From Promethearchaeia archaeon (GTDB lineage: Archaea; Asgardarchaeota; Lokiarchaeia; Sigyniarchaeales; SOKP01), in the NCBI GenBank assembly GCA_029856145.1, contig JAHQWK010000001.1, forward strand, positions 320,001 to 384,000: a stretch of 64,000 nucleotides of DNA. The letters are read 5' to 3'. Positions 10,034 through 19,299 of this stretch are shown here, in pieces (within the stretch, counting starts at the first letter, position 1; every line of letters begins with the position of its first letter). A model generated the notes under the pieces. The model did not search any database and was not told the origin of the DNA. It saw nothing but the letters and a program-made list of their open reading frames with translations. Position numbers and translations under genes: made by a program.

Positions 10034-10524
10034 GTAAAGAATTTCAAGATCATCAAATAAGAGATGTAATAAGGATTAACTACAAATACACAATGGGAGG
10101 ACATTCAAAATTTTTTATTGAATTAATGAATAACAAGAAGTTATTAGGTACAAAATGCAATAAATGTGGAAAGACTTGGATGCCTCCTAGGATAAATTGC
10201 TCTGATTGCTATGCACCAGCAGATTGGGTTGAGCTTAAACAAACTGGAACAATAGAGGTCAGCACAATAGTGTGGTATACCACTTCCGCTTTTATTAAAG
10301 CAATACCTTATGGAATTGGGTTTATAAAACTTGATGGCGCGGAAACAGCTTTACTTCAAGGTATTTTCTCTGAGAATTTAGTTCCTTCAAAAATAAAAAA
10401 GGGGAAAAAAGTAAAAGCGGTCTTTAACAAGAAGAGAGAGGGTAAAATGACTGACTTTTTCTTTGTTCCCGAGGACGAGTATGAAAATTGGATATCAAAA
10501 CCAGAATATGAAGGAGGAGAATAA
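10030..10524 (+). CDS. DUF35/ChsH2-type Zn-ribbon + OB-fold protein
   Basis: LLGTKCNKCG...PPRINCSDC, OB-fold; ATGA overlap with the thiolase stop. Confidence 0.9.
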   Translation: MSKEFQDHQIRDVIRINYKYTMGGHSKFFIELMNNKKLLGTKCNKCGKTWMPPRINCSDCYAPADWVELKQTGTIEVSTIVWYTTSAFIKAIPYGIGFIKLDGAETALLQGIFSENLVPSKIKKGKKVKAVFNKKREGKMTDFFFVPEDEYENWISKPEYEGGE

Positions 10525-10526
10525 TA

Positions 10527-10898
10527 ATGGGACAAGCAAAAGAAAGTTTAAGAAAGATAGTAAAGAAATTAAACACGATTCCAAAAGCTCAAGCAGTATT
10601 TATCACAAACATCGCTGGAAAAGATGTTGATTGGGAGATGTCCTTTCAGTTTAACCTTGATAATGAAGATCTATTCTTTTTAGAAATCAAGAATCGTAAA
10701 GCTATTATATCTGAAGGTACTAAATCGGGTGCAATCATCGTGATGTCGGGAAATTCTGATGTAATCGTGAAGATTTGTGAAGGAAAAGGAGATTTTACTC
10801 ATGCAATCTCACGAGAGCAAATAACCGTGGAAAAAGGAAAAGTAATGGATGTCATACGTCTTACGAGAGCAATAACAATTGTTTTAAAAAATAAATAA
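10527..10898 (+). CDS. SCP2 sterol-carrier domain protein
   Basis: 123 aa with FQFNL..FFLEIKN..AIISEG...AISREQITVEKG SCP2 pattern; 2 nt after the DUF35 gene. Confidence 0.7.
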   Translation: MGQAKESLRKIVKKLNTIPKAQAVFITNIAGKDVDWEMSFQFNLDNEDLFFLEIKNRKAIISEGTKSGAIIVMSGNSDVIVKICEGKGDFTHAISREQITVEKGKVMDVIRLTRAITIVLKNK

Positions 10899-10919
10899 TT
10901 ATTTTTCTATTATTTTTTC

Positions 10920-11051
10920 AGTATCATAGGATACGGAGTTAATAAAGTGAAATATTTGAAATACGGAGAACAAAAACAGCTTGGTACAGCAAATTTAGAT
11001 GAAATTGAAATAATAGGAAACTCAAATGATGAAGTTTTTCCTAAATTTTGA
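10920..11051 (+). pseudogene. Start-less C-terminal fragment resembling a DUF362 (Fe-S protein) C-terminus
   Basis: SIIGYGVNKVKYLKYGEQKQLGTANLDEIEIIGNSNDEVFPKF*; no start codon after the upstream TAA (10896-10898). Confidence 0.5.
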
Positions 11052-11148
11052 TTTTTCCTATTCATTTTTCTTATCCTTTTTTTGTCAAACTTTTTTATTT
11101 TTATGAAACATTATAGAGATTTAATAACTGATAAAATCTTGATTAATC

Positions 11149-12207
11149 TTGAGAATTGTTGATTTACGTTCTGATACCGTAACCAAGCCATCTCCAGAAA
11201 TGTGGGAAACACTAAGATCATTAGAAAACTCTGATCTTGGAGATGATGTTGAAGGAGAAGATCCAACAGTAAATAAGTTGGAAGAAAAAGCAGCTAAATT
11301 GATTGGAAAAGAAGCAGCGTTGTTTGTGACTTCTGGAACACAAGGTAATTTAGTTTCACTCCTCTCACTAACTAATCCTGGTGATGAGATTCTTTTAGAA
11401 GAATTAAGTCATATCTACAAAAACGAAGTAGGGAGTGCGGCTCGGATTGGAGGATTAATGATTAGAACTTATCCCTCAATAAAAGGTGTTCCTTTATTTG
11501 ATCAGCTCCAAACATTAATTCGTGATAAAGAGGATATACATGAACCACCAACGACTCTTTTTTCTGTAGAAAATACTCATAATTATCATGGAGGTGTGAT
11601 TGTTCAACCAGAAGTACTTAAGGACATGAGGGATTTTTCAGAAAAGAATAGTTTAAAATTACATTTGGACGGCGCAAGGATATTCAACGCAGCAGTAGGT
11701 TTAGGAGTTCCTGTTACAGAATTTACTAAACATGTTGATAGTGTTATGTTTTGCTTATCCAAAGGTTTATCATGTCCAGTCGGTTCAATTGTTGCGGGTT
11801 CAAAAGAATTTATTAAAAGTGCCAGGAGATACCGAAAAATGCTTGGTGGAGGTATGCGCCAAGCAGCAATAATTGCTTCTTTTGGTTTAATTGCGCTTGA
11901 ACCAAAATGGATTAAAAGACTTGAGGAGGATCATAAAAATGCTAAGTTACTTGCTGAAGGGATTGAATCTTACGATTTGCCCATAAATATAGATAAACCA
12001 GAAACTAACATTGTAATTGTTAAACTTTTGCAAAAAACCCGTATAGTTAAAATATTAAATCAACTTGGAAAAGAAGGCATATTATCATTCAATATTAGTA
12101 AAGAAAAAATAAGATTTGTAACACACTACGGAATAAATGAAGATGACATTCAGTTTTCTGTTCAAAAAATAGGCAATACTCTAAGTAAATTTTTAATTTA
12201 TAAATGA
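11149..12207 (+). CDS. ltaE: Low-specificity L-threonine aldolase (PLP)
   Basis: DLRSDTVT, GDDV.GEDPTV, SGTQGN, ENTHN, HLDGARIFNA, CLSKGL, GGGMRQ. Confidence 0.93.
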   Translation: MRIVDLRSDTVTKPSPEMWETLRSLENSDLGDDVEGEDPTVNKLEEKAAKLIGKEAALFVTSGTQGNLVSLLSLTNPGDEILLEELSHIYKNEVGSAARIGGLMIRTYPSIKGVPLFDQLQTLIRDKEDIHEPPTTLFSVENTHNYHGGVIVQPEVLKDMRDFSEKNSLKLHLDGARIFNAAVGLGVPVTEFTKHVDSVMFCLSKGLSCPVGSIVAGSKEFIKSARRYRKMLGGGMRQAAIIASFGLIALEPKWIKRLEEDHKNAKLLAEGIESYDLPINIDKPETNIVIVKLLQKTRIVKILNQLGKEGILSFNISKEKIRFVTHYGINEDDIQFSVQKIGNTLSKFLIYK

Positions 12208-12273
12208 AATATAACCAGAAAATAGCTTAAATATATTCTTTTAATTAGAGGAATAAAAAAATAAAAAAAATTA

Positions 12274-12804
12274 TTAATCCTTACGTAATTCTAAATCTTT
12301 TGAGTCATCTTCAATTGCATCGTAGTATTCAAGATCCATTAATCCACCCTGTACATCTTCTGCCCAATGAACTTTTATAGGCATACCTATGTAAGTATCC
12401 CTAAATTCGATATCAGGATCTAACTGTGCAGGATATGATGTGTCTGCTCCATCTAATTGTACACAAACTATAGGTCGTTCTAAAACTTCGCCAGTTTCAG
12501 GATCTTTTAAATAAGTAACAGTATATGAAACTACTTTCCCAGTTTCACGTAAATCCACCCACCTATCAGGTTTAACGAGACATTTACCGCATATAAGTCT
12601 AGGTGGAAAAAATATTCTATTACAACTTGAACATTGGAGTCCTACCAGCTTTTTCTGCTTTAATTTTTCTAAAAAGGGTTTCATATGAGTAATATTAAAT
12701 TTGAATTTATAACTGGACAAATACCAATTTGTTGGCATAGTTCTTGTTCTGATATATTCTTTTTTAATATATTCCATAGATTTTCTTAATGTTCTTTTAG
12801 ACAT
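12274..12804 (-). CDS. DUF35 Zn-ribbon + OB-fold protein
   Basis: CSSCNRIFFPPRLICGKC, GKVVSYT, IGMPIKVHW. Confidence 0.9.
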   Translation of the reverse strand: MSKRTLRKSMEYIKKEYIRTRTMPTNWYLSSYKFKFNITHMKPFLEKLKQKKLVGLQCSSCNRIFFPPRLICGKCLVKPDRWVDLRETGKVVSYTVTYLKDPETGEVLERPIVCVQLDGADTSYPAQLDPDIEFRDTYIGMPIKVHWAEDVQGGLMDLEYYDAIEDDSKDLELRKD

Positions 12805-12823
12805 ATTATATTACCTCAATATT

Positions 12824-14071
12824 TTATTTAAGTTTTCTAGCTGGTTCATCAGCCATAACCATCATGGTTATCAAATTAACATATCCTCCCCAACCATGTC
12901 CCAATGCTGTGTGTACAGTCTTAGGAACTTGATTACTAGCCTTTCCCATAATCTGTAAAGCTGCAACAGCAGGTCTTTCCATTGCTGATGCTCCTATAGC
13001 ATTTGTGGAATTAACCCCTCCTGAACAATTAATAGGTAATTCACCATTTAAGGCAGTTATTCCAGTTTTATACATTTCTGGTGATGTGTTTTCTTCGAAT
13101 AAACCCAATTTTTCCACCCACATAAGTTCTTGGTTAGGAAATGGTGAATATACCTCAGCATAATCTACTTCTTTCCTTGGAAAAGAAATACCCGCTTGTT
13201 TAAACGCCAAATCAGAAGTTATTTGCGCGCCAAGTTGCTCAGAAAGATCTAACTGCGCTGAACCACTACCATCGTAACCAATTAGTGCAGTTTCATTTGC
13301 TATGCTACCTACTCCGTTAACATATACAGGAATATCACATATATCTTTTGCCTTTTCCTCAGTTGTAAATAACATTGCACATGCTCCATCAGACGCGGGG
13401 CACACCATTCCATATCTTAGTGGATATGAAATGTAAGGTGTATCTAAAACATCTTCAATAGTAAGATCAGGCATCTTAAGGTGAGCCCACCATGTTTTTG
13501 CTGCATTATGCCTATTCTGGACGACAACTCTAGCTAAATCTTCTTCTGTAATTTTACTTTTTCGCATATAATTAACCGCTTGATAAGACGCAATTCCTAT
13601 TGCAGCACCACCAGATAAAAGGAGTGTTAATTGATCATAAGGGATTCCTAATGAATTCATCACAGAAATTTCTCCATATGCTACACTGGCAAGTCCTACA
13701 CTTGTATCACCTTGGCTTTGCTGTTCAAAAGCTATAGCTAGAACAGTATCTACCTCTGGTAAACCTGCAGCTACAGAATAATAACCTGATATAGCCACAG
13801 AACCACCAGTTGTACCTCCTGTAGTAACTCTCATTAAGGGTTTATTTCTAGCACCCATCCAATCTGTCATCCATAATTCTGGGATATTTGAGCCTTCAAA
13901 TGCAGGCATATTCCCGTTTACAAAAGCATCAATATCTTTAATTTCAAGACTAGGAACTCTTTTCAAACAATCTTCTATTGCTTCACTTACTAATTCAGGC
14001 ATATTTACATCAGAGCGCTTTGAAGCATGCTCACTAAAACCAGCACTTGCAATACATACTTGTCTTCCCAT
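12824..14071 (-). CDS. Ltp3-like thiolase-fold protein (putative retro-aldolase catalytic subunit)
   Basis: GARNKPLMRVTTGGTTGGS (no Cys), CPASDGACA, AEVYSPF...MWVEKLG, STNAIGAS, HGWGG; these match the Ltp3 pattern as I recall it. Confidence 0.85.
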   Translation of the reverse strand: MGRQVCIASAGFSEHASKRSDVNMPELVSEAIEDCLKRVPSLEIKDIDAFVNGNMPAFEGSNIPELWMTDWMGARNKPLMRVTTGGTTGGSVAISGYYSVAAGLPEVDTVLAIAFEQQSQGDTSVGLASVAYGEISVMNSLGIPYDQLTLLLSGGAAIGIASYQAVNYMRKSKITEEDLARVVVQNRHNAAKTWWAHLKMPDLTIEDVLDTPYISYPLRYGMVCPASDGACAMLFTTEEKAKDICDIPVYVNGVGSIANETALIGYDGSGSAQLDLSEQLGAQITSDLAFKQAGISFPRKEVDYAEVYSPFPNQELMWVEKLGLFEENTSPEMYKTGITALNGELPINCSGGVNSTNAIGASAMERPAVAALQIMGKASNQVPKTVHTALGHGWGGYVNLITMMVMADEPARKLK

Positions 14072-14073
14072 TT

Positions 14074-15216
14074 TTAATTACCTCCTTCTAATACATAGAG
14101 AATATTGTTTTGTGCACACATACCTATTTGCCCCGAGGCAATAGCTTTTTTAACATCCTTAACTTGATGACCTTTTGCCTCTCCTCTAATTTGCTTTGCA
14201 GCTTCAATAATCCTAATTAAACCGGTAGCGCAAGGAGGATTCCCGCCAAGAGCACCTCCAGAAGGATTGATAGGGAGATCACCGCCGATTACAGAATTTA
14301 AGCTTGCTCCTTGACCTCTCTCTGTAAATCCTAAAGCTTCTGTAAAAATTAATTCTTCATGCGCGTACCCTTCAAAAATCTCCGCCACATCGATTTCATG
14401 TTTAGGATCTTTGACTCCAGCAGCATTAAATGCCATTTTCCCAGCTAATTCCATAGATTTACTCGCTGATAAATCTCGATCTCCAAGATAATATGTTTCT
14501 TGATTATATCCTACTCCAGTAATCCAAACTGGATTATCTGTTATTTTCAATGCCTGTTTTTCTGGAGCTAATAATAAAGCTGCTACACCATCACAAGGTT
14601 GAGCTACCATTAATTCTGTAACTGGATCAGCATAAATCTCAGAATTTAAGACATCTTGAACTGATAAATTTGGATTTTGAGCTTCTGCTAAAGTTAATGC
14701 ATTTTTTGCGGCATTTTTTCTATTTTTAACAGTAACATGAGCAATATCTTCAGCACTCACTTTAAATTTTTCCATATATGCTCTCATCTGGAAACCTGCC
14801 GAAGTAACATCATTCACATACGCAACTGGTCGCTCCCAGGTAGGATCTGTCTCGTACAACCGAGCAGAATGGTACGGAAAACATGATGCCATACTTCCTC
14901 CCCATACCACAGCTAATTTATGATTACCAGATAAAATTCGCATTAATCCATATAAAACAGCATGAGCTCCATCCATTTCTACTTTTGATTCGTCTGCTAA
15001 GTATCCCCCTCCGACTTCTACAGTTAAAGCATTTGAAATCGTACGTCCATCATAATAATCATTTGTAGCTGAAATGACTGTAGTTATATCTTTCTTTTTT
15101 AACCCTGCATGATCTAAAGCACTACGCACGGCTTCATAAATCATTTCATAACGACCATAATCTGCATCTGAATAAAGCTTTACTTGATTATATCCTACAA
15201 TACCTAATCTCTGCAT
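14074..15216 (-). CDS. Ltp4-like thiolase-fold protein (putative partner subunit)
   Basis: DYYDGRTIS and ESKVEMDGAHA (Ltp4-type VEMD), INPSGGAL. Start reassigned to the ATG at 15216 (MQRLGIVG, GAGGTGG RBS) to remove the overlap with the upstream DUF35 gene. Confidence 0.85.
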   Translation of the reverse strand: MQRLGIVGYNQVKLYSDADYGRYEMIYEAVRSALDHAGLKKKDITTVISATNDYYDGRTISNALTVEVGGGYLADESKVEMDGAHAVLYGLMRILSGNHKLAVVWGGSMASCFPYHSARLYETDPTWERPVAYVNDVTSAGFQMRAYMEKFKVSAEDIAHVTVKNRKNAAKNALTLAEAQNPNLSVQDVLNSEIYADPVTELMVAQPCDGVAALLLAPEKQALKITDNPVWITGVGYNQETYYLGDRDLSASKSMELAGKMAFNAAGVKDPKHEIDVAEIFEGYAHEELIFTEALGFTERGQGASLNSVIGGDLPINPSGGALGGNPPCATGLIRIIEAAKQIRGEAKGHQVKDVKKAIASGQIGMCAQNNILYVLEGGN

Positions 15217-15230
15217 ACTTTGAGCCCACC

Positions 15231-15695
15231 TCACACTCTTATGAATCCCTTTATATCTGAAGGGTCTCCCTTTGTTTTCTCTTCCCATTGGACTTTAACT
15301 TTCATACCTATCTTCACTTTTTCAGGTTCAATATCTAATAAACGGTAAACTATTGCTGTATTGCTTCCATCAATTTGTACCATACCAATAATTTGTGGTT
15401 TTTTCACTTTTCGGCTAGCTCTATCATTTATTTTATAATAAGTTATTGTATAATTTTTCAGAACTCCTGCATCTGGTAAATCTACCCAGTTTTGGTCTAA
15501 AGGAATCGTTTTATTACATTTTCCACATATTTTCCTTGGTGGAACAAAGACATCTCCGCATTTAGGGCATTTATTTCCAATAATTTTCTTATTTTCAAGA
15601 GCATCATAGAATTTATCCATATATTGACCAACCCAAAATGCAAATTCTGCTCTTACAAGCCCCTTATTAGCAACAACTATTTTCTCTTCACTCAT
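15231..15695 (-). CDS. DUF35 Zn-ribbon + OB-fold protein
   Basis: GNKCPKCG..FVPPRKICGKC, KIGMKVKVQW. Confidence 0.9.
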   Translation of the reverse strand: MSEEKIVVANKGLVRAEFAFWVGQYMDKFYDALENKKIIGNKCPKCGDVFVPPRKICGKCNKTIPLDQNWVDLPDAGVLKNYTITYYKINDRASRKVKKPQIIGMVQIDGSNTAIVYRLLDIEPEKVKIGMKVKVQWEEKTKGDPSDIKGFIRV

Positions 15696-15934
15696 ATTTA
15701 TTTTCTTTTATATTAATTTTAATATGATTATTAATATGATTTAACCATATAAATAATTTTGAAAACATGGAATCCTCTTTATTTCTGACATATTAGCTAA
15801 TTTATCTTATCCATTCAATTGTTAGAGAAATAAATTGCCAAAATTGGTTTATTAAATAGATAAGTCAATTTTTTTCTAAGAATATTTAAAAAATTCAATA
15901 TTACCATTCAAAGAATTAATTTAAATTTTAAGAG

Positions 15935-17224
15935 TTGATTGAATTGGTTAATAAAAAAGGTCAAGTGCAATGTATTAATGATGAGATACTTGAAAAACTT
16001 TCTTTAAAAAATCGGTATAAGTTCTTGAATTACAACTTAATGTCTTATTTACCGAAAGAACAATTAGATTTTCTTAAGAAAGCTCAGAAGTTTTTCATAG
16101 GGTTTGAAAAAAATAATAATATCACCCATAACGAAGATTTTTATGAGTGGATTCCCGAGATTGGTAAAGAAGGTATGGTCACTCGGTTAAATAAATTCGA
16201 ATTTCTTGATTTAAATTATGAACCATATGGATTAACAACTGAATTTATGAGAACATTAGCTTCTGATTTTTTTGATCCCCAATTTACAATGGGAATGGGA
16301 GCTAACATTTTAGCAATTAATCCACTGTTGGCACATCATGAGGATATTGAGATTCGTCTCAAAGTATTGAAAGAATTAGTTACTGGGCAAAAAAATGGGT
16401 GTATATGTATCACAGAACCCGAAAGAGGGTCTGATGCAGTTCATATGTTAACCACTTGTGAGGAACAAGAGGATGGAAGCTTTATTCTTAACGGGGAGAA
16501 AATCTACCAAACAAATGGACCTAAAGCAGATTGGGCAATAATTTATGCTGTTAGTGAAAAAAATACTGGTAACACAATGGCTCAATTCTTGGTTAACACA
16601 TCTTGGGACGGCTGGGAAGTAGAGAGGATCAATATTCCTTGGACTCCAAGAATTTTCATAGGTAAAGAAACTTTTACAAATTTAAAAATCCCTCCAGATT
16701 ATGTTATAGGTAAACCAGGAAAAGGGAGAGAGTATTTATTTGAAGGACTAAATTTAGAACGATTAGGAATTGTGCTTCTTAACGCAGCAGAAGCTTGGAA
16801 TGCAATATCTCATGCTGTTATTTATGCTAATATGAGAAAGCAATTTGATCAAGAAATTTTAAAATATCAAGGTGTTGGATTTCCTTTATCAGATTTATGG
16901 GCTGAAACTATGAACCTTACATTATCAACTTTAAATGTATGCCAAATGGTTGATAAAAAAATAGAACAGTTTGGAACCCTCCCTAAACAATTTAGTCTAG
17001 CTTTAATGGCTACAGCATCCCAATTAAAGTCTATAAGTGCCAAATTGAGTGAAAGAACAGCTTATGAATGTGCTAATCTGATGGGTGGTGCAGGGGTCTG
17101 TGATAATACATTAATGCAAGATTTATTAGGGATAACTAGAATACAAGAAATAGGAGGCGGTACAAGACAAATTCAGCAATATATTATGAGTTTAACTTTA
17201 AGACAATTATTTAAATTGCTCTAA
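15935..17224 (+). CDS. Acyl-CoA dehydrogenase (IVD/LCAD-type catalytic Glu position)
   Basis: CITEPERGSD, LNGEKIYQTNG, LNLERL, RKQF, GGAG, EIGGGT. Confidence 0.9.
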   Translation: MIELVNKKGQVQCINDEILEKLSLKNRYKFLNYNLMSYLPKEQLDFLKKAQKFFIGFEKNNNITHNEDFYEWIPEIGKEGMVTRLNKFEFLDLNYEPYGLTTEFMRTLASDFFDPQFTMGMGANILAINPLLAHHEDIEIRLKVLKELVTGQKNGCICITEPERGSDAVHMLTTCEEQEDGSFILNGEKIYQTNGPKADWAIIYAVSEKNTGNTMAQFLVNTSWDGWEVERINIPWTPRIFIGKETFTNLKIPPDYVIGKPGKGREYLFEGLNLERLGIVLLNAAEAWNAISHAVIYANMRKQFDQEILKYQGVGFPLSDLWAETMNLTLSTLNVCQMVDKKIEQFGTLPKQFSLALMATASQLKSISAKLSERTAYECANLMGGAGVCDNTLMQDLLGITRIQEIGGGTRQIQQYIMSLTLRQLFKLL

Positions 17225-17472
17225 TATACTTTCTTCTATTTCTTTTTTTATTTTTAATTTTAAATTTTATAATTTATTACATTTTCTGAAATAGAAATAC
17301 AAATTTAATAATAGTATTAAGATTCTTTTAACTTTGTTTTAAGAAGAGACATAAATCAATAATCCTCCAAAAAAATGTCAATTTTTATAAACTTTCAAGA
17401 AGATAGTAAATAATTACTCAATATAATTTAAAAAAAAATTACTCAAAAGTAATAATTTGGATGAGTTAACAA

Positions 17473-19182
17473 ATGAATAATGAAAAAATTTGGTTAAAAT
17501 CCTATGATGATCATGTTCCTCCAACTTTAACGTATTCAACAGAAGATATTGGGACTATTTTAACACAAAATATGACCAAATTTGCTGATAAAGTAGGTTT
17601 ACACTTTATGGATAGCACCTTTCTTTATAAGGAGATATTAGAACATTCACAAAAATTTGCTACATTCTTGCAGAAAAATGGTTTCGAAAAAGGTGATGTA
17701 TTAGCAATTTGTCTGCCTAATACTCCTCAATATCTGTTCTCTGCTTATGCTACATATATAGCAGGAGGTGTTGTTACTGGATGTTCAGCACTGTTGAGTC
17801 CAGAAGAAATGGCATATCAAATGAAAGATTCGGGGGCTAAATTCTTAGTTACTATGGATATTCTTCATGAAAAGGTTTTTTCAAAAATTTATGATCGCTT
17901 AGATAATTTAAAAGTAATAGTTCCAACAAATATAGCGGAATTTATGGGTTTCGGGGGATTTAAAGTATTTATGGGAAAATTAATAAAAAAGATCCCGAAA
18001 GGTAAAATGATACCTTGGCCAGGAAAAACAGTAATTCCATTTCTAGAGGCATTAGAAACTGAAATTGATTTGAAAAAAGTTGATATTGATCCTAAAAAGG
18101 ATTTAGCGCTAATACAATATACTGGAGGCACAACAGGGCTTCCTAAAGGAACAGATATTGTTCACTCGAATTTGGTATCAAATATGCATCAATTTGATGT
18201 TTGGCTTAAGAGAGAGAAAGGAAAAGAGATACTTCTTTCTGCATTTCCTTTCTTTCATATTGCGGGATACTTCATTGGCCTTTTCTTAAATTACATAGGA
18301 GGTGCACAAATCTTAATAGCAAATCCAAGAGATACTGATCATATCATAAAAGAAATTATTGATAAGAAACCTACCAGCTTTGGAAATGTACCTACTCTGT
18401 TTTTAATGGTTCAAAATAATCCACTGTCTAAAACGATTCCGTCAGAGGTATTAAACAACATATCATTATATGTAAGTGGTGCTGCTCCTTTTCCTCCTGA
18501 AGCAATAAAGGAATTTGAAAAACAATTCCACAGTGAAAATAAATTTGTAGAAGTATATGGAATGACTGAAACAGCTGTACTTGCAACTGTTAACCCTATG
18601 TATGGGGAGAAAAAAATCGGAACTGTCGGATTAGCATTGCCAAACACTGATATTAAGTTAATCGATACAGAAACTGGGGCAGAAGTAAAAGAGATTGGAC
18701 AACCAGGTGAAATTTTAATAAAAGGACCTCAAGTAGTAAAACAATATCATAACAAACCCGAAGCTACAAAAGCTACGTTCGATAACGAGGGATATGTGCA
18801 CACAGGTGATGTTGGTATTTTTGATGAAGATGGTTATCTAAAAATCGTAGATCGTACTAAAGACATGCTTATAGTAAGTGGTTTCAAGGTGTATAGTGTT
18901 CATGTTGAAGAAGTGATGACTAAACATCCTGATATTCAAATTCTTGCGATAATAGGAATTCCTAATCCCGATAGGCCTGGAGCTGAAATTGTAAAGGCAG
19001 TTATTCAATTAAAAGAAGAAGTTGAAGCTACTGATGAAGTCAAGGAGAGTATTAAAAATTATGCAGAAAAAAATCTCTCGAAATACGAGGTTCCAAAGAT
19101 CTGGGAATTCAAGGCAGAACTTCCTTTAACTACTATTGGTAAAGTATTAAAAAGAGCACTTAGAGAAGAAGATTCAAAATAA
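17473..19182 (+). CDS. Long-chain acyl-CoA synthetase
   Basis: QYTGGTTGLPKG, VYGMTE, HTGD, DRTKDMLIVSG, LPLTTIGKVLKR. Confidence 0.92.
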   Translation: MNNEKIWLKSYDDHVPPTLTYSTEDIGTILTQNMTKFADKVGLHFMDSTFLYKEILEHSQKFATFLQKNGFEKGDVLAICLPNTPQYLFSAYATYIAGGVVTGCSALLSPEEMAYQMKDSGAKFLVTMDILHEKVFSKIYDRLDNLKVIVPTNIAEFMGFGGFKVFMGKLIKKIPKGKMIPWPGKTVIPFLEALETEIDLKKVDIDPKKDLALIQYTGGTTGLPKGTDIVHSNLVSNMHQFDVWLKREKGKEILLSAFPFFHIAGYFIGLFLNYIGGAQILIANPRDTDHIIKEIIDKKPTSFGNVPTLFLMVQNNPLSKTIPSEVLNNISLYVSGAAPFPPEAIKEFEKQFHSENKFVEVYGMTETAVLATVNPMYGEKKIGTVGLALPNTDIKLIDTETGAEVKEIGQPGEILIKGPQVVKQYHNKPEATKATFDNEGYVHTGDVGIFDEDGYLKIVDRTKDMLIVSGFKVYSVHVEEVMTKHPDIQILAIIGIPNPDRPGAEIVKAVIQLKEEVEATDEVKESIKNYAEKNLSKYEVPKIWEFKAELPLTTIGKVLKRALREEDSK

Positions 19183-19299
19183 TCAACAAATAATTTAGTC
19201 TTTTTTTTATTTTTTTCTTTCAATCAATAATAAACTTAGATTTAAATATTCTAAAATTCAAAAATTATTCAATATTAAAAATTTAATTTAATTTCAATT

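Noticed and set aside
8777-10524. Mevalonate-pathway acetoacetyl-CoA thiolase/DUF35 complex
   Set aside because: No adjacent HMG-CoA synthase, and the nucleophilic Cys is absent.
15217-15288. N-terminal extension MGRENKGRPF... of the Ltp4-like ORF
   Set aside because: It overlaps the DUF35 gene; the ATG at 15216 has an RBS and matches the expected thiolase N-terminus.
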